Source: an uncultured Acidimicrobiales bacterium
Lineage (GTDB): Bacteria; Actinomycetota; Acidimicrobiia; Acidimicrobiales; UBA10347
Direction: 5' to 3'
Assembly: GCA_943788915.1 (NCBI GenBank)
Contig: CALSSD010000005.1
Coordinates: 558,001 to 622,000 of the forward strand
Length of the DNA stretch: 64,000 bases
Shown here: positions 40,406 through 49,420 of the stretch, one piece after another
Layout of the letters: each line of letters starts with the position of its first letter
How positions within the stretch are numbered: position 1 is the first letter of the stretch
Program-made: the position numbers and the translations under genes
Notes under the pieces: model-generated
Seen by the model: the letters and a program-made list of their open reading frames with translations, nothing else
The model's database searches: none
Told to the model about the DNA's origin: nothing

Positions 40406-41296
40406 ATGAAGCTCGCGAACGTGACGACCAGCCAGCTCGAATACCTCGTTGCTGCGGTGACCGAGCCGACCTGGAAAGCAGCAGCGGCAACAGTGGGTGT
40501 TTCACCCTCGGCGCTATCACAAGGCATCAGTGAGCTCGAACGCCGACTCGGGGTGCGCCTCTTCGACAAACAAGGACGCCGCCGGGTACCAACTGCTGAA
40601 GCCCGTGCCGCTCTCACCCATGCCACCCGGATCCTGGCAGAGGTTCGAGAGTTGACCCGGTGGGCTGAAGAGGCCCGCGGCGGCGGCGTGGGCCAACTGT
40701 CGATCGGCATGATCGATACGGCTGCTATCCACCACTTCGGCGACACACTCATCGGATTCCGGCGCGAACACCCTTCACTCACAGTGCGGCTACTCGTACT
40801 TCCATCGAACGCACTCTTGGACCAGCTTCGAGCCGGCGAAGTCGATGCCGTGGTCTGTGTGGATCCCGACCCAGACAACCGGTTCGTGCTCGAACCCCTC
40901 GTGGGCGAACCGCTCCATATCTATGCACCGCCCGACACAGCCATCGGGGCCTCAAAGACGTGGGGGCCATGGGTCAGCTTCCCCCCAGCGTCGCGTAGCC
41001 GATCACTGATGGCCCGGCGACTTCGGGCGAAAGGTGTGCCGTTCGATGTCGTCGCCGAAAGTTCACAACCAGCGGTCCTGAAAGAAATGGTCCGCCTCGG
41101 TATGGGCTGGACGGTGTTGCCACCCGTGGATGCCGAGACCGAACCCCACGCTCTGACCCGGGCAACAGACGGACCAATTGCCGAGCGCATGCTCACGTTG
41201 GTTCGGCGAGCCGACCGCGTTCCCAGCCCGGCGCTGGCCACACTCCTTGATCAACTGCGGGCTCAGGCAGCCGCCATCAGCGAGGACTCGCGGTGA
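40406..41296 (+). CDS. LysR family transcriptional regulator
   Basis: QLEYLVA, AAATVGVSPSALSQGISELERRLGVRLF, MVRLGMGWTVLP. Confidence 0.92.
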   Translation: MKLANVTTSQLEYLVAAVTEPTWKAAAATVGVSPSALSQGISELERRLGVRLFDKQGRRRVPTAEARAALTHATRILAEVRELTRWAEEARGGGVGQLSIGMIDTAAIHHFGDTLIGFRREHPSLTVRLLVLPSNALLDQLRAGEVDAVVCVDPDPDNRFVLEPLVGEPLHIYAPPDTAIGASKTWGPWVSFPPASRSRSLMARRLRAKGVPFDVVAESSQPAVLKEMVRLGMGWTVLPPVDAETEPHALTRATDGPIAERMLTLVRRADRVPSPALATLLDQLRAQAAAISEDSR

Positions 41297-41489
41297 GGGC
41301 GAGCACCACCGGTACTGCATGAACGACGACCGTGCAATTGGGGTGGGTTCGCTGCAGGGTGTTGGGCTCACCACCAGTATCTCCGCGCCATAGTCAGACG
41401 GCACATTCCAACGCTCGACGGAGGATGTCGAGTTCGTCGTTCATCGCGAGAAGTTGGATGTCACATGAAGTAAGTAGCCTTGGTAGCTG

Positions 41490-43364
41490 ATGCACGGAAT
41501 GCACCCCCACATGGTCATCGGCCGCGACAAGGATGGCGTCAAGGGCAAGTCCCTCGACCGCTCGACAGTCCGCCGCGTACTTGCCTACGCCGATCGTTAC
41601 CGAGCCATGCTGCTCGGGTTCGTCGCCACGCTGCTCGTCTCCTCGCTACTGAGCATCGTGCCAGCGTTACTTGTTCGCCGCATCATCGACGATGCCATAC
41701 CAGCAAGCGATCGGGGCCAGGTCAACTCGCTGGCGCTCATCATGGTCGGTCTTGCGCTCGCCAGCGGTGTTATCTCGCTCATCGAACGATTCTTCTCGGC
41801 CCGAATTGGCGAGAATCTGATCTTCGATCTTCGGGTGCAACTGTTTGACCATGTCCAACGCATGCCGATTGGGTTCTTCACCCGAACCCAGACCGGTGCG
41901 TTGATTAGCCGCATGAACAACGATGTCATTGGCGCCCAACGGGCGCTGACCGGAACCTTGGGTCAGGTGATCTCGAACGTCATCGTGCTCGCGACCACGC
42001 TGGTCGCCATGTTCATTCTCGAATGGCGGCTTCCACTGCTGGCACTCGGCCTACTGCCATTCTTCTTGCTGCCCACCAAACGAGTTGGGCGGGTCCTCCA
42101 AGGGCTGACCCGCGAGCAGATGGATCACAACGCTGCAATGAACACCACCATGACCGAGCGTCTCAACGTCGCTGGGGCCATGGTTGTCAAACTCTTCGGT
42201 CGTCACGACGACGAACGCGATGGTTTCGGAGCGCGAGCTGGAGCAGTCCGAGATCTTGGCATTCGTAGCGCTATGTATGGCCGGGCGTTCACAATTGGAC
42301 TGACCGTGGTCGGCGCGCTTGGCACTGCCGTCATCTATTGGGTCGGTGGTCGACTGGCGATCGGCGGATCGATCAGCGTTGGCACTGTCGTGGCCATGGG
42401 CCTGTATGTGACTCGCATCTACCTTCCGCTCACGGGCCTGACCAACGCTCGCGTCGACATCATGACTGCCATGGTCAGTTTCGAGCGAGTCTTCGAAGTA
42501 CTCGATACCCATAATCCAATCACCGATGCTGCCGATGCCGTCGAGTTACGCGAGCCTGCCGGGCGCATCGTGGCTGACAACCTGGCCTTCGCCTATCCGT
42601 CCGACAGCAATGCCCCTGCATCGCTCGAAGCAGGTGGCGTTTCGCCAGCGTCGTCTGGTGTCGAAAACCCACTGGTGCTCGCGAACATCAATTTCACGAT
42701 CGATCCGGGCCAGACCATTGCTCTTGTTGGACCGTCGGGCGCTGGTAAGTCCACACTGATCTCGCTGCTGCCGCGCCTCTACGATGTGACCGACGGTTCG
42801 CTCAGCGTCGACGGGCACGACGTGCGGTCTCTCACCCAGGCATCGTTGCGGTCTGCCATTGGTGTCGTCAGCCAGGATCCTCACCTGTTCCATGACAGCG
42901 TTGGCGCCAACCTGCGATATGCGCGTCCCGATGCCACCGACGACGAGATCCGCCAAGCTTGCCGAGCCGCACAAATCCTCGACGTGATCGATGCGTTACC
43001 AGACGGCCTCGACACCGTTGTTGGTGAGCGCGGCTACCGACTGTCTGGCGGCGAGAAACAGCGACTTTCGATCGCACGCATGCTGCTCAAAGATCCTGCC
43101 GTCGTTGTCCTCGACGAGGCCACGAGCCATCTCGACTCTGAGAACGAGTCGCTGGTGCAGCAGGCTCTGGCCACGGCTCTCGATGGCCGCACCGCCATTG
43201 TGATAGCCCATCGACTCTCCACCATTACCGCCGCCGACATGATTCTGGTGCTTGAACACGGCCAAATCGTCGAACGAGGCAGCCACACCGAACTTCTACA
43301 TTCTGGCGGCCTCTACAGCGAGCTGTACCAAACGCTCATCCGAGGCGAAGCAAGTCCCGCATGA
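41490..43364 (+). CDS. ABC exporter, fused permease/ATPase
   Basis: TM domain, GPSGAGKST, LSGGEKQR, LDEATSHLD, IAHRLST. Confidence 0.92.
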   Translation: MHGMHPHMVIGRDKDGVKGKSLDRSTVRRVLAYADRYRAMLLGFVATLLVSSLLSIVPALLVRRIIDDAIPASDRGQVNSLALIMVGLALASGVISLIERFFSARIGENLIFDLRVQLFDHVQRMPIGFFTRTQTGALISRMNNDVIGAQRALTGTLGQVISNVIVLATTLVAMFILEWRLPLLALGLLPFFLLPTKRVGRVLQGLTREQMDHNAAMNTTMTERLNVAGAMVVKLFGRHDDERDGFGARAGAVRDLGIRSAMYGRAFTIGLTVVGALGTAVIYWVGGRLAIGGSISVGTVVAMGLYVTRIYLPLTGLTNARVDIMTAMVSFERVFEVLDTHNPITDAADAVELREPAGRIVADNLAFAYPSDSNAPASLEAGGVSPASSGVENPLVLANINFTIDPGQTIALVGPSGAGKSTLISLLPRLYDVTDGSLSVDGHDVRSLTQASLRSAIGVVSQDPHLFHDSVGANLRYARPDATDDEIRQACRAAQILDVIDALPDGLDTVVGERGYRLSGGEKQRLSIARMLLKDPAVVVLDEATSHLDSENESLVQQALATALDGRTAIVIAHRLSTITAADMILVLEHGQIVERGSHTELLHSGGLYSELYQTLIRGEASPA

Positions 43365-44779
43365 CCGACAATGCCCTGTTCGACATCGACGACACGCTTA
43401 CTGTTGGCCAGGTAAACCGTCGGCTGAGCGAAGCCGTGCGCCGGTCGTTCTCGAACGACATTTGGGTCCAAGGGCAAATCCGCAATCTCAGCCGTTCCGG
43501 CCGCGGTCATGTGTATTTCGATCTCTGTGACCCAACACCGGCCGGCGCTCCGCCGAAAGCATCTATCTCGGTCACCTTGTTCGACTCGAACCGCCAGATC
43601 GTAAATCGAGTCATCACCCGCACCGGCAACACCGTGCGCATCGACGACGGGGTCGAGGTCCGCATCAAGGCCACCGTCGAGATGTATGCACCCCGTGGCC
43701 AGGTGCAACTGAACATGACCTCGATCGATCCCGAGTTCACACTCGGTCGACTCGGTGCCGATCGCGACCAACTGTTGCACGAACTCAAGGCTGAGCACCT
43801 TCTCGATGCGAACAAGCTCATCGCCATGCCACTCGTACCGCTGCGTATCGCTCTGATCACCAGCGGCGGCAGTGCCGCTCATGCTGACTTTCACCAACAG
43901 CTCACCGCATCGGGATATGCATTCGAGATAACCACGCTGTCGACCCGGGTGCAGGGCGAATTTGCGCCGGAAGAGATCGCGGAGATGATCGCTCACGGTT
44001 CGGAACTCGACATCGACGTGTTAGCCGTGGTTCGCGGCGGTGGCGCTCGCACCGACCTTGCGGCATTTGATACCGCGCCGGTAGCACGAGCAATTGCCAG
44101 CGCCACAAAGCCAGTGCTGTGCGGGATTGGCCACGAGATCGATACGTCGGTCGCCGACCTGGTTGCACATGCATCACTCAAGACACCTACTGCTTGCGCC
44201 CAGTACCTGATCGAACGGGTCATCGCCTTCGATTTTGCGCTCACCGAGCGAGCCAGCCGACTGGCAGCGATTGCGATCACCTTGCCCCACGACCAAGACA
44301 AGTTGGTCAACGAACGTGCGTCTCTCCTCAGCCAACGAGTCGTTCAGACCCTTCACCGCGCATCACAAGCGACTGCTTCGGCCGCTGGCGGCCTCGAACG
44401 CCGAGTCACCCGAGCCATCGCACGTAGTGAGCAGCGGTTGGCCACGACTCAGGGCCATGTGACGGCTCGGTCATCGAGCGCCCTCACCGCAGCATGGCGA
44501 CGATGCGATCAGCAACAAACCCACGTCGCAGAGCGCCCTGGGCGAGTCTTGCGTGAACAGACCAGCCGGCTTGCACTACTCGAGGCCAAACTCAGCGCGG
44601 TTGACCCCAGTCAGGCACTGCAGCGCGGCTACAGCATCACTACCACCACTACAGGTCAGCTCGTTCGAAGCGCTGACCAGGTTCCCCCGGGAACCGAACT
44701 GATCACCCGGCTTGCGGTTGGCACGGTCACGAGCACCGTCACCGCCTCCGACTCAACCGACCAGGAACGCCATGACTGA
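43361..44779 (+). CDS. xseA: Exodeoxyribonuclease VII large subunit
   Basis: WVQGQI, GHVYFDL, ITSGGSAAHADF, RGGG..DL, GIGHEID, KTPTA, LQRGYS. Confidence 0.93.
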   Translation: MTDNALFDIDDTLTVGQVNRRLSEAVRRSFSNDIWVQGQIRNLSRSGRGHVYFDLCDPTPAGAPPKASISVTLFDSNRQIVNRVITRTGNTVRIDDGVEVRIKATVEMYAPRGQVQLNMTSIDPEFTLGRLGADRDQLLHELKAEHLLDANKLIAMPLVPLRIALITSGGSAAHADFHQQLTASGYAFEITTLSTRVQGEFAPEEIAEMIAHGSELDIDVLAVVRGGGARTDLAAFDTAPVARAIASATKPVLCGIGHEIDTSVADLVAHASLKTPTACAQYLIERVIAFDFALTERASRLAAIAITLPHDQDKLVNERASLLSQRVVQTLHRASQATASAAGGLERRVTRAIARSEQRLATTQGHVTARSSSALTAAWRRCDQQQTHVAERPGRVLREQTSRLALLEAKLSAVDPSQALQRGYSITTTTTGQLVRSADQVPPGTELITRLAVGTVTSTVTASDSTDQERHD

Positions 44780-45002
44780 CCCAGCCGATACGGCTCTCGA
44801 CGACATCGGCTATGCCGACGCTGTCGCTGAACTCGATCGCATTCTTGACCAACTCGACGACGATGGCATCGACATTGACGTGCTGTCTGAACTCGTCGAG
44901 CGAGCAGCACACCTCATTACCGTCTGCCGAGGCCGCATTTCGGCTGCGCAACAACAGGTAGCCGGCATCGTCCAAACACTTGAGACAGAAATCTCACCGT
45001 AG
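44772..45002 (+). CDS. xseB: Exodeoxyribonuclease VII small subunit
   Basis: YADAVAELDRILDQLD..IDIDVL...VERAAHLI..C; overlaps xseA end, AGGA RBS. Confidence 0.85.
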   Translation: MTDPADTALDDIGYADAVAELDRILDQLDDDGIDIDVLSELVERAAHLITVCRGRISAAQQQVAGIVQTLETEISP

Positions 45003-45240
45003 TTATGCAGCGCCAGCCCTAACTCGGACAGGCCATAGCAGCATCCCATGACCATCCAATTCTGAAACCTGGCCGACGGGGACGGTTGTGGAAATGTCCT
45101 GTTCGTTTTCGAAGAGGTCGACGAGCGCGACATGGTCGCCTTTGATGGTTCACCTGCAGATGCTGTTGTGTTGCATAACAACACAAACCCCTAACGTGCT
45201 CAGCTCCTCTGTGGAACCCGCTGCTGTGTAGCGTGTGGAG

Positions 45241-46272
45241 ATGGCTCTTCAGAAGTTAGAGAACGCCAACGCGTTCGTCGTGCGTGATCTTGATACCGAA
45301 GCACCAGCAATCGGCATCGTGCGGTCCGCTCCCAAGATTTTGCAGGGAGGCGCCAAGGAACTGGCTCGGAGCCAGACCTACCAGCTGGCGATCCTAGAGA
45401 TGCAGCACCAAGGCGCCTCGTGCGGCGTCAATGCTGCACCTGATGAGCGTGACGACACCATGGCTGCTTTCTGTGCGGAGCTCCTGACAGCCGTCCAGAG
45501 CGGGTCGTTGATGTTGAGCGCTGCCAAAGGCGTCAGTGACGAGCAGATGTCGACCCTGAATGCGGCCGATGCTCGTAGCGACATACGTTTGAACGACATT
45601 GATGGCATCTCTAACACCGCTCACCTCACAGGACTCGGAGCGGTGGCATGTGCCTCTGCTGCGCGATCACTCGATGGCGCGAAGATCGCCATCGAAAACT
45701 TCGACGACATCGGCCTGGCTGTCGCCCGCGCAGCTGCTGCTGCCGGCGCGAAGATCACAGCGATATCGACCAGCGCTGGCGCTGCGATGTCTGACGATGG
45801 CTTCGACGTGGGTGCGCTTGCAACAACCATGAGGATCGACGGCCCTGGCATGGTCGCAACATTGTCCGACGAAGAACTCCCGTTCTGGAGGATCCTCGGG
45901 GCCGATGTCGACGTGCTCTTTGCTGGCTCCAAGGCTGGCCTCATCGATCACAAGAACGGCGAGAACCTCAAGGCGTCAGTCTTGGTGCCAACCGGTCCTA
46001 TCCCTTACACAACGAAGGGTGCGCTCACGATCGAGCGTCAGGGCGTAACCGTGCTTCCCGACTTCGTGACGACCGCTGGTGGCCTGCTCGCTGGTTTCCC
46101 TGATAGCGACGACCAAGCCGCCGTCGAGTCCGGAATCACCACCAGGCTGCAAGCATTGACCGAGTCCATTCTGGGCAAAGATGCCAGCCCCATTCTCGAG
46201 GCCTGCTTCCAGGCCGAAGCTTTTCTGAAGACTTGGCGCGACGAACTGCCATTCGGCCGCCCCTTCGCGTAA
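45241..46272 (+). CDS. Glu/Leu/Phe/Val dehydrogenase-like protein (degenerate motifs)
   Basis: HLTGLGAV, LDGAKIAIENFDDIG, GAKITAIS, DVDVL, GVTVLPDFVTTAGG. Confidence 0.7.
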   Translation: MALQKLENANAFVVRDLDTEAPAIGIVRSAPKILQGGAKELARSQTYQLAILEMQHQGASCGVNAAPDERDDTMAAFCAELLTAVQSGSLMLSAAKGVSDEQMSTLNAADARSDIRLNDIDGISNTAHLTGLGAVACASAARSLDGAKIAIENFDDIGLAVARAAAAAGAKITAISTSAGAAMSDDGFDVGALATTMRIDGPGMVATLSDEELPFWRILGADVDVLFAGSKAGLIDHKNGENLKASVLVPTGPIPYTTKGALTIERQGVTVLPDFVTTAGGLLAGFPDSDDQAAVESGITTRLQALTESILGKDASPILEACFQAEAFLKTWRDELPFGRPFA

Positions 46273-46428
46273 CCGATTCTCGGCCGCAGATCGAACAAAA
46301 ATCGCACCGGCAGGTGGCGCAAAATGGCACAACGACACGAAATTGGCAGCGACCTACGTCACAGTTCCTAAAAGCATCCGAAAAGCAGGTGCGGAACCAA
46401 CCGTTTTGCTTCTATCATGTGACCCGCT

Positions 46429-46502
46429 GGGGCTGTAGCTCAGTTGGCTAGAGCACCTGCTTTGCAAGCAGGGGGTCGTGGGTTCGATTCCCACCAGCTC
46501 CA
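46429..46502 (+). tRNA. tRNA-Ala (anticodon TGC), CCA not encoded
   Basis: GGGGCTG..CAGCTCC-A acceptor with G3:U70, CCTGC-TTTGCAA-GCAGG, GGTTCGATTCC. Confidence 0.96.
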
Positions 46503-46504
46503 CT

Positions 46505-46546
46505 AAGAAGAATCGGTGCGGCTGCACCGGTTCTTCTTTACTTTTT
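46505..46546 (+). terminator. Intrinsic terminator after tRNA-Ala
   Basis: AAGAAGAATCGGTGC-GGCT-GCACCGGTTCTTCTT followed by TACTTTTT. Confidence 0.8.
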
Positions 46547-46774
46547 GCTGCGATGTCGGGTGGCGACGGCACCGGGTCGAAAGCGACGAAGCGCCACTTC
46601 GTCGCCACCAAGAGCTGGGACGGTGCACTATTGCACAGGTTTGCGGCGACACGCTGGTAGATCACCCACACTGAACAACACGCGATGAGCCACGACCCGC
46701 TGATTTCGGCCGGGTCGGCACATTGGCAACCACTGGGTCATGAGTTCGATCCCTTTTCGGGACTGTGTAGGGAT

Positions 46775-48184
46775 CTAGGAGAGCGGGGGAACCCCGAGGT
46801 CGCCCCGAGCTTCTTCGAAGGCAGCGCCGATACGCAGGACCATCGACTCGTCGAAGGGCCGGCCGAAAATCTGCAGGCTGGTCGGCAGCACGACAGGGGC
46901 CGTCCCAGAAGGTCCCGATGTGGCGGCTAGGCCTGCGGGGACGCACAAGCCGCACAGGCCCAAATAGTTTCCAGCCCGAGTGAAATGGGCTGGGGTGATG
47001 TCTTCATCGACCTCGGCGTGGGTGGGGGCGACCATCGGCGTGCCGGGCGTGAGCATGGCATCGAAGGAATCGAACGCGTGCTGGAACGAGGCCTGTTCTT
47101 CTCCTCGGCGAAGCTGGGCGGCCACATAGTCCCTGGCCGAAACATCGGCGCCAGGTAGGCCACGGGCCCTGCAGAACTCGTCAAGAGGCGCCGACCGATC
47201 GTCGTACAGGCTCTGGTGGTGGTAGTACGCCTCGGCGGTGACGATCACGAAGGTCTGGTCCTTCATCTCATCGAACGGAAGCGGGGGAATGAAGGTGCTG
47301 GTGCGGGCGCCGAGTGCGGTCAACGTCTCGACAGCCCGGTCATAGTCAGCAAGCACGTTGGGTTCGACTAACGCGCGTTCAGCGTCACCCAAAACACCGA
47401 GATGGAGTCCGGCGACTCCCTTCCGCAACGATGCATACAGGCCGGTGCCTTGTCGCCAGTCGTCGTCGATGCTCGATTGGTCGCGCCCGGTCAGTACGTC
47501 GAACATCAACGTGGCATCGGCGACCGATCGGGCCATGGGGCCCGGGGTGTCGAGCGTGTGGGACAAAGGCACAATGCCGTCGGTTGGGATCAGACCCTCG
47601 GTCGTCTTGAGTCCGACGATGCCACAGAAAGCAGCCGGCAACCTGACCGAGCCACCGGTGTCGGTACCGATAGCGCAGGGTGTCATGCCAGAGGCCACCG
47701 CCGCCCCTGAGCCCGAAGACGATCCGCCTGGGACACGCGCATTCTCGGCGTCCCAAGGGTTGCGGGGTGTGCCCATGTGCTGGTTTGTGCCCCAGCCCCC
47801 GAGGGCGAACTCCACCGTCTTGGTCTTGCCAAGTAGCACGCCCCCGGCTGCGAGCAGGCGGCGGGCGATGAGTGCGGTGGAAGGCGACAACCGAGCGGCC
47901 CATGCTTTGGATCCGGCCGTTGTGACACGACCTTGCACGTCCACGATGTCCTTGAGGGCGAAGGGGATGCCGTGAAATGGCCCGATGCGGTGACCGGCCG
48001 CCCTGGCTTTGGTTGCAGCCAACGCAGCGTCGATGGCGTCGTCTGTGTACAACGCCTGCCAGGCCTCGATGGTGGAGTCGAGACGGTCGATGGTTGCCAG
48101 AAGCTCGCTAACTGCCTCTTCGGGCGTCGACCGGCCGCTGTCGTAGTCGCGGGCCAGCGTGTTGACTCCCGGCAAAAGACTCAT
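46775..48184 (-). CDS. Amidase signature family protein
   Basis: GIPFALKD, PGGSSSGSGAAVA, IGTDTGGSVRLPAAFCG. Confidence 0.92.
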   Translation of the reverse strand: MSLLPGVNTLARDYDSGRSTPEEAVSELLATIDRLDSTIEAWQALYTDDAIDAALAATKARAAGHRIGPFHGIPFALKDIVDVQGRVTTAGSKAWAARLSPSTALIARRLLAAGGVLLGKTKTVEFALGGWGTNQHMGTPRNPWDAENARVPGGSSSGSGAAVASGMTPCAIGTDTGGSVRLPAAFCGIVGLKTTEGLIPTDGIVPLSHTLDTPGPMARSVADATLMFDVLTGRDQSSIDDDWRQGTGLYASLRKGVAGLHLGVLGDAERALVEPNVLADYDRAVETLTALGARTSTFIPPLPFDEMKDQTFVIVTAEAYYHHQSLYDDRSAPLDEFCRARGLPGADVSARDYVAAQLRRGEEQASFQHAFDSFDAMLTPGTPMVAPTHAEVDEDITPAHFTRAGNYLGLCGLCVPAGLAATSGPSGTAPVVLPTSLQIFGRPFDESMVLRIGAAFEEARGDLGVPPLS

Positions 48185-48452
48185 AGCTCAGGCCGCGAGC
48201 AGCGTCGCTCTTCCAGGGCCAAAATATTGTCCGTAGTTACCGTCACTGCCCAGGCCTCTCGTATCCGGAGTATGACCTTACCGGTGGTGATTGCACCTGT
48301 CGAAAGCCGGCGTTGCACCCGTGTTCCTCGGCCTGGATTCGAACGATGCGCACGAGGGCACCGGTTCACCAGAACGCTCTGAGGAACTTGCCTGCGCTGA
48401 ATGAAACGCGATGGCATCAGAACCGCTTCTTCCCGCCGGGTCGGCACATCCG

Positions 48453-48515
48453 CAAGCTCGGGGTCCAGGGTTCCAAGCTCGGGGTCCAGGGTTCCAAGCT
48501 CGGGGTCCAGGGTTC
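48453..48515. repeat. Perfect 21-bp tandem repeat x3
   Basis: (caagctcggggtccagggttc)3. Confidence 0.95.
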
Positions 48516-48673
48516 GAAGAGTGATCCGGGCACCTCTGTGTCACCGGATCCTGCACTGATGAGTCGTTTGGTGTGCAAATATCACCACCGGCAGATCGCA
48601 AACCGGCCGACACACCATCACATCAGATCTGCCGATTTCAGCTACGTCGCCAGACTTTCAATCACAACGTTCA

Positions 48674-48739
48674 GGGTTCGATTTCCAACGGCTCTACTAA
48701 GAAAAATCGTTGCGGCTACGCGGCTTCTCCACTACTTTC
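48674..48739 (+). repeat. Degenerate direct copy of tRNA-Ala 3' end + terminator (att-like)
   Basis: 48674-48719 matches 46480-46525 at 39 of 46 positions, ungapped. Confidence 0.85.
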
Positions 48740-48963
48740 CGCCGCTAGGCACTCTGGTGATGGCAAAAATGTCAGGAGCAAAATCGCTCCATCTCACACG
48801 ATCAGGATCGATGCCACAATCCGCAAACACCTCACAAACACCGGCCGGAGCGCGGGCGTGCTTTCAAAATCATTCGCCCAATCTCACGGTTTTGGTATTC
48901 GTGCCGTACCCTTGCCGTAGTTAGAGGGGCGCTATTGCCCCTCAGAAAAAAAGAGAAATTGTT

Positions 48964-49164
48964 ATGGCTACAGGCACTGTTAAGTTCTTCAACACAGAGA
49001 AGGGCTTCGGATTCATCTCGCAAGAAAGCGGCGATGACATCTTCGTTCACTTCTCCAACATCGGAGGCGACGGCTTCAAGAACCTCGAAGAGGGTCAGAC
49101 CGTTGAATTCGAAATCGGCGAAGGACGCAAGGGCCAAGAAGCCCAGAACGTCCGCCCAGTCTGA
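48964..49164 (+). CDS. cspA: Cold-shock protein
   Basis: [33 protein letters not shown]. Confidence 0.95.
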   Translation: MATGTVKFFNTEKGFGFISQESGDDIFVHFSNIGGDGFKNLEEGQTVEFEIGEGRKGQEAQNVRPV

Positions 49165-49193
49165 GTTAACTCAGTAGCGGAGGGCATTGCCTT

Positions 49194-49281
49194 CCAGCTC
49201 TACTAAGAAGCTCTACTACAAGATCTGCTAAAGATCTACGAAGAAGAACCGGTGCTTTGCGCTGGTTCTTCTTCGCTTTTT
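49194..49281 (+). repeat. Second degenerate copy of tRNA-Ala 3' end + terminator, serving as cspA terminator
   Basis: CCAGCTCTACTAAGAAG (16/17 vs 46494-46510), then AAGAAGAACCGGTGC-TTT-GCGCTGGTTCTTCTT and a T-tract. Confidence 0.75.
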
Positions 49282-49420
49282 GCGGCGAGTGTTTGGGCGG
49301 TCGCGCCAGCACCGCCGGGAACAGCACGGAGCGAACACGTGCACTCGTGACCAAAGACCCTGGGCGCCGCCTGTCCGTTGAAGGATGTTGAGACGGCAAA
49401 CGCGCTAGCCAGGAGAACCC

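Noticed and set aside
41319..41444. MITE bounded by 11-bp inverted repeats ATGAACGACGA
   Set aside because: Short IR, no target-site duplication, no second copy in the window
45003..45234. Small gene between xseB and the dehydrogenase-like gene
   Set aside because: The protein-like stretch (NVLFVFEEVDERDMVAFDGSPADAVVL) is interrupted by stops and cannot be assigned; at most a remnant
46775..48184. gatA
   Set aside because: No gatC/gatB adjacent; a stand-alone amidase-signature enzyme
48453..48515. 21-bp repeats as a CRISPR array
   Set aside because: Units are directly adjacent with no spacers, and no cas genes are present
48674..48700. A second functional tRNA
   Set aside because: Only the T-loop/acceptor 3' strand is present; no D or anticodon arm, and stems are mismatched
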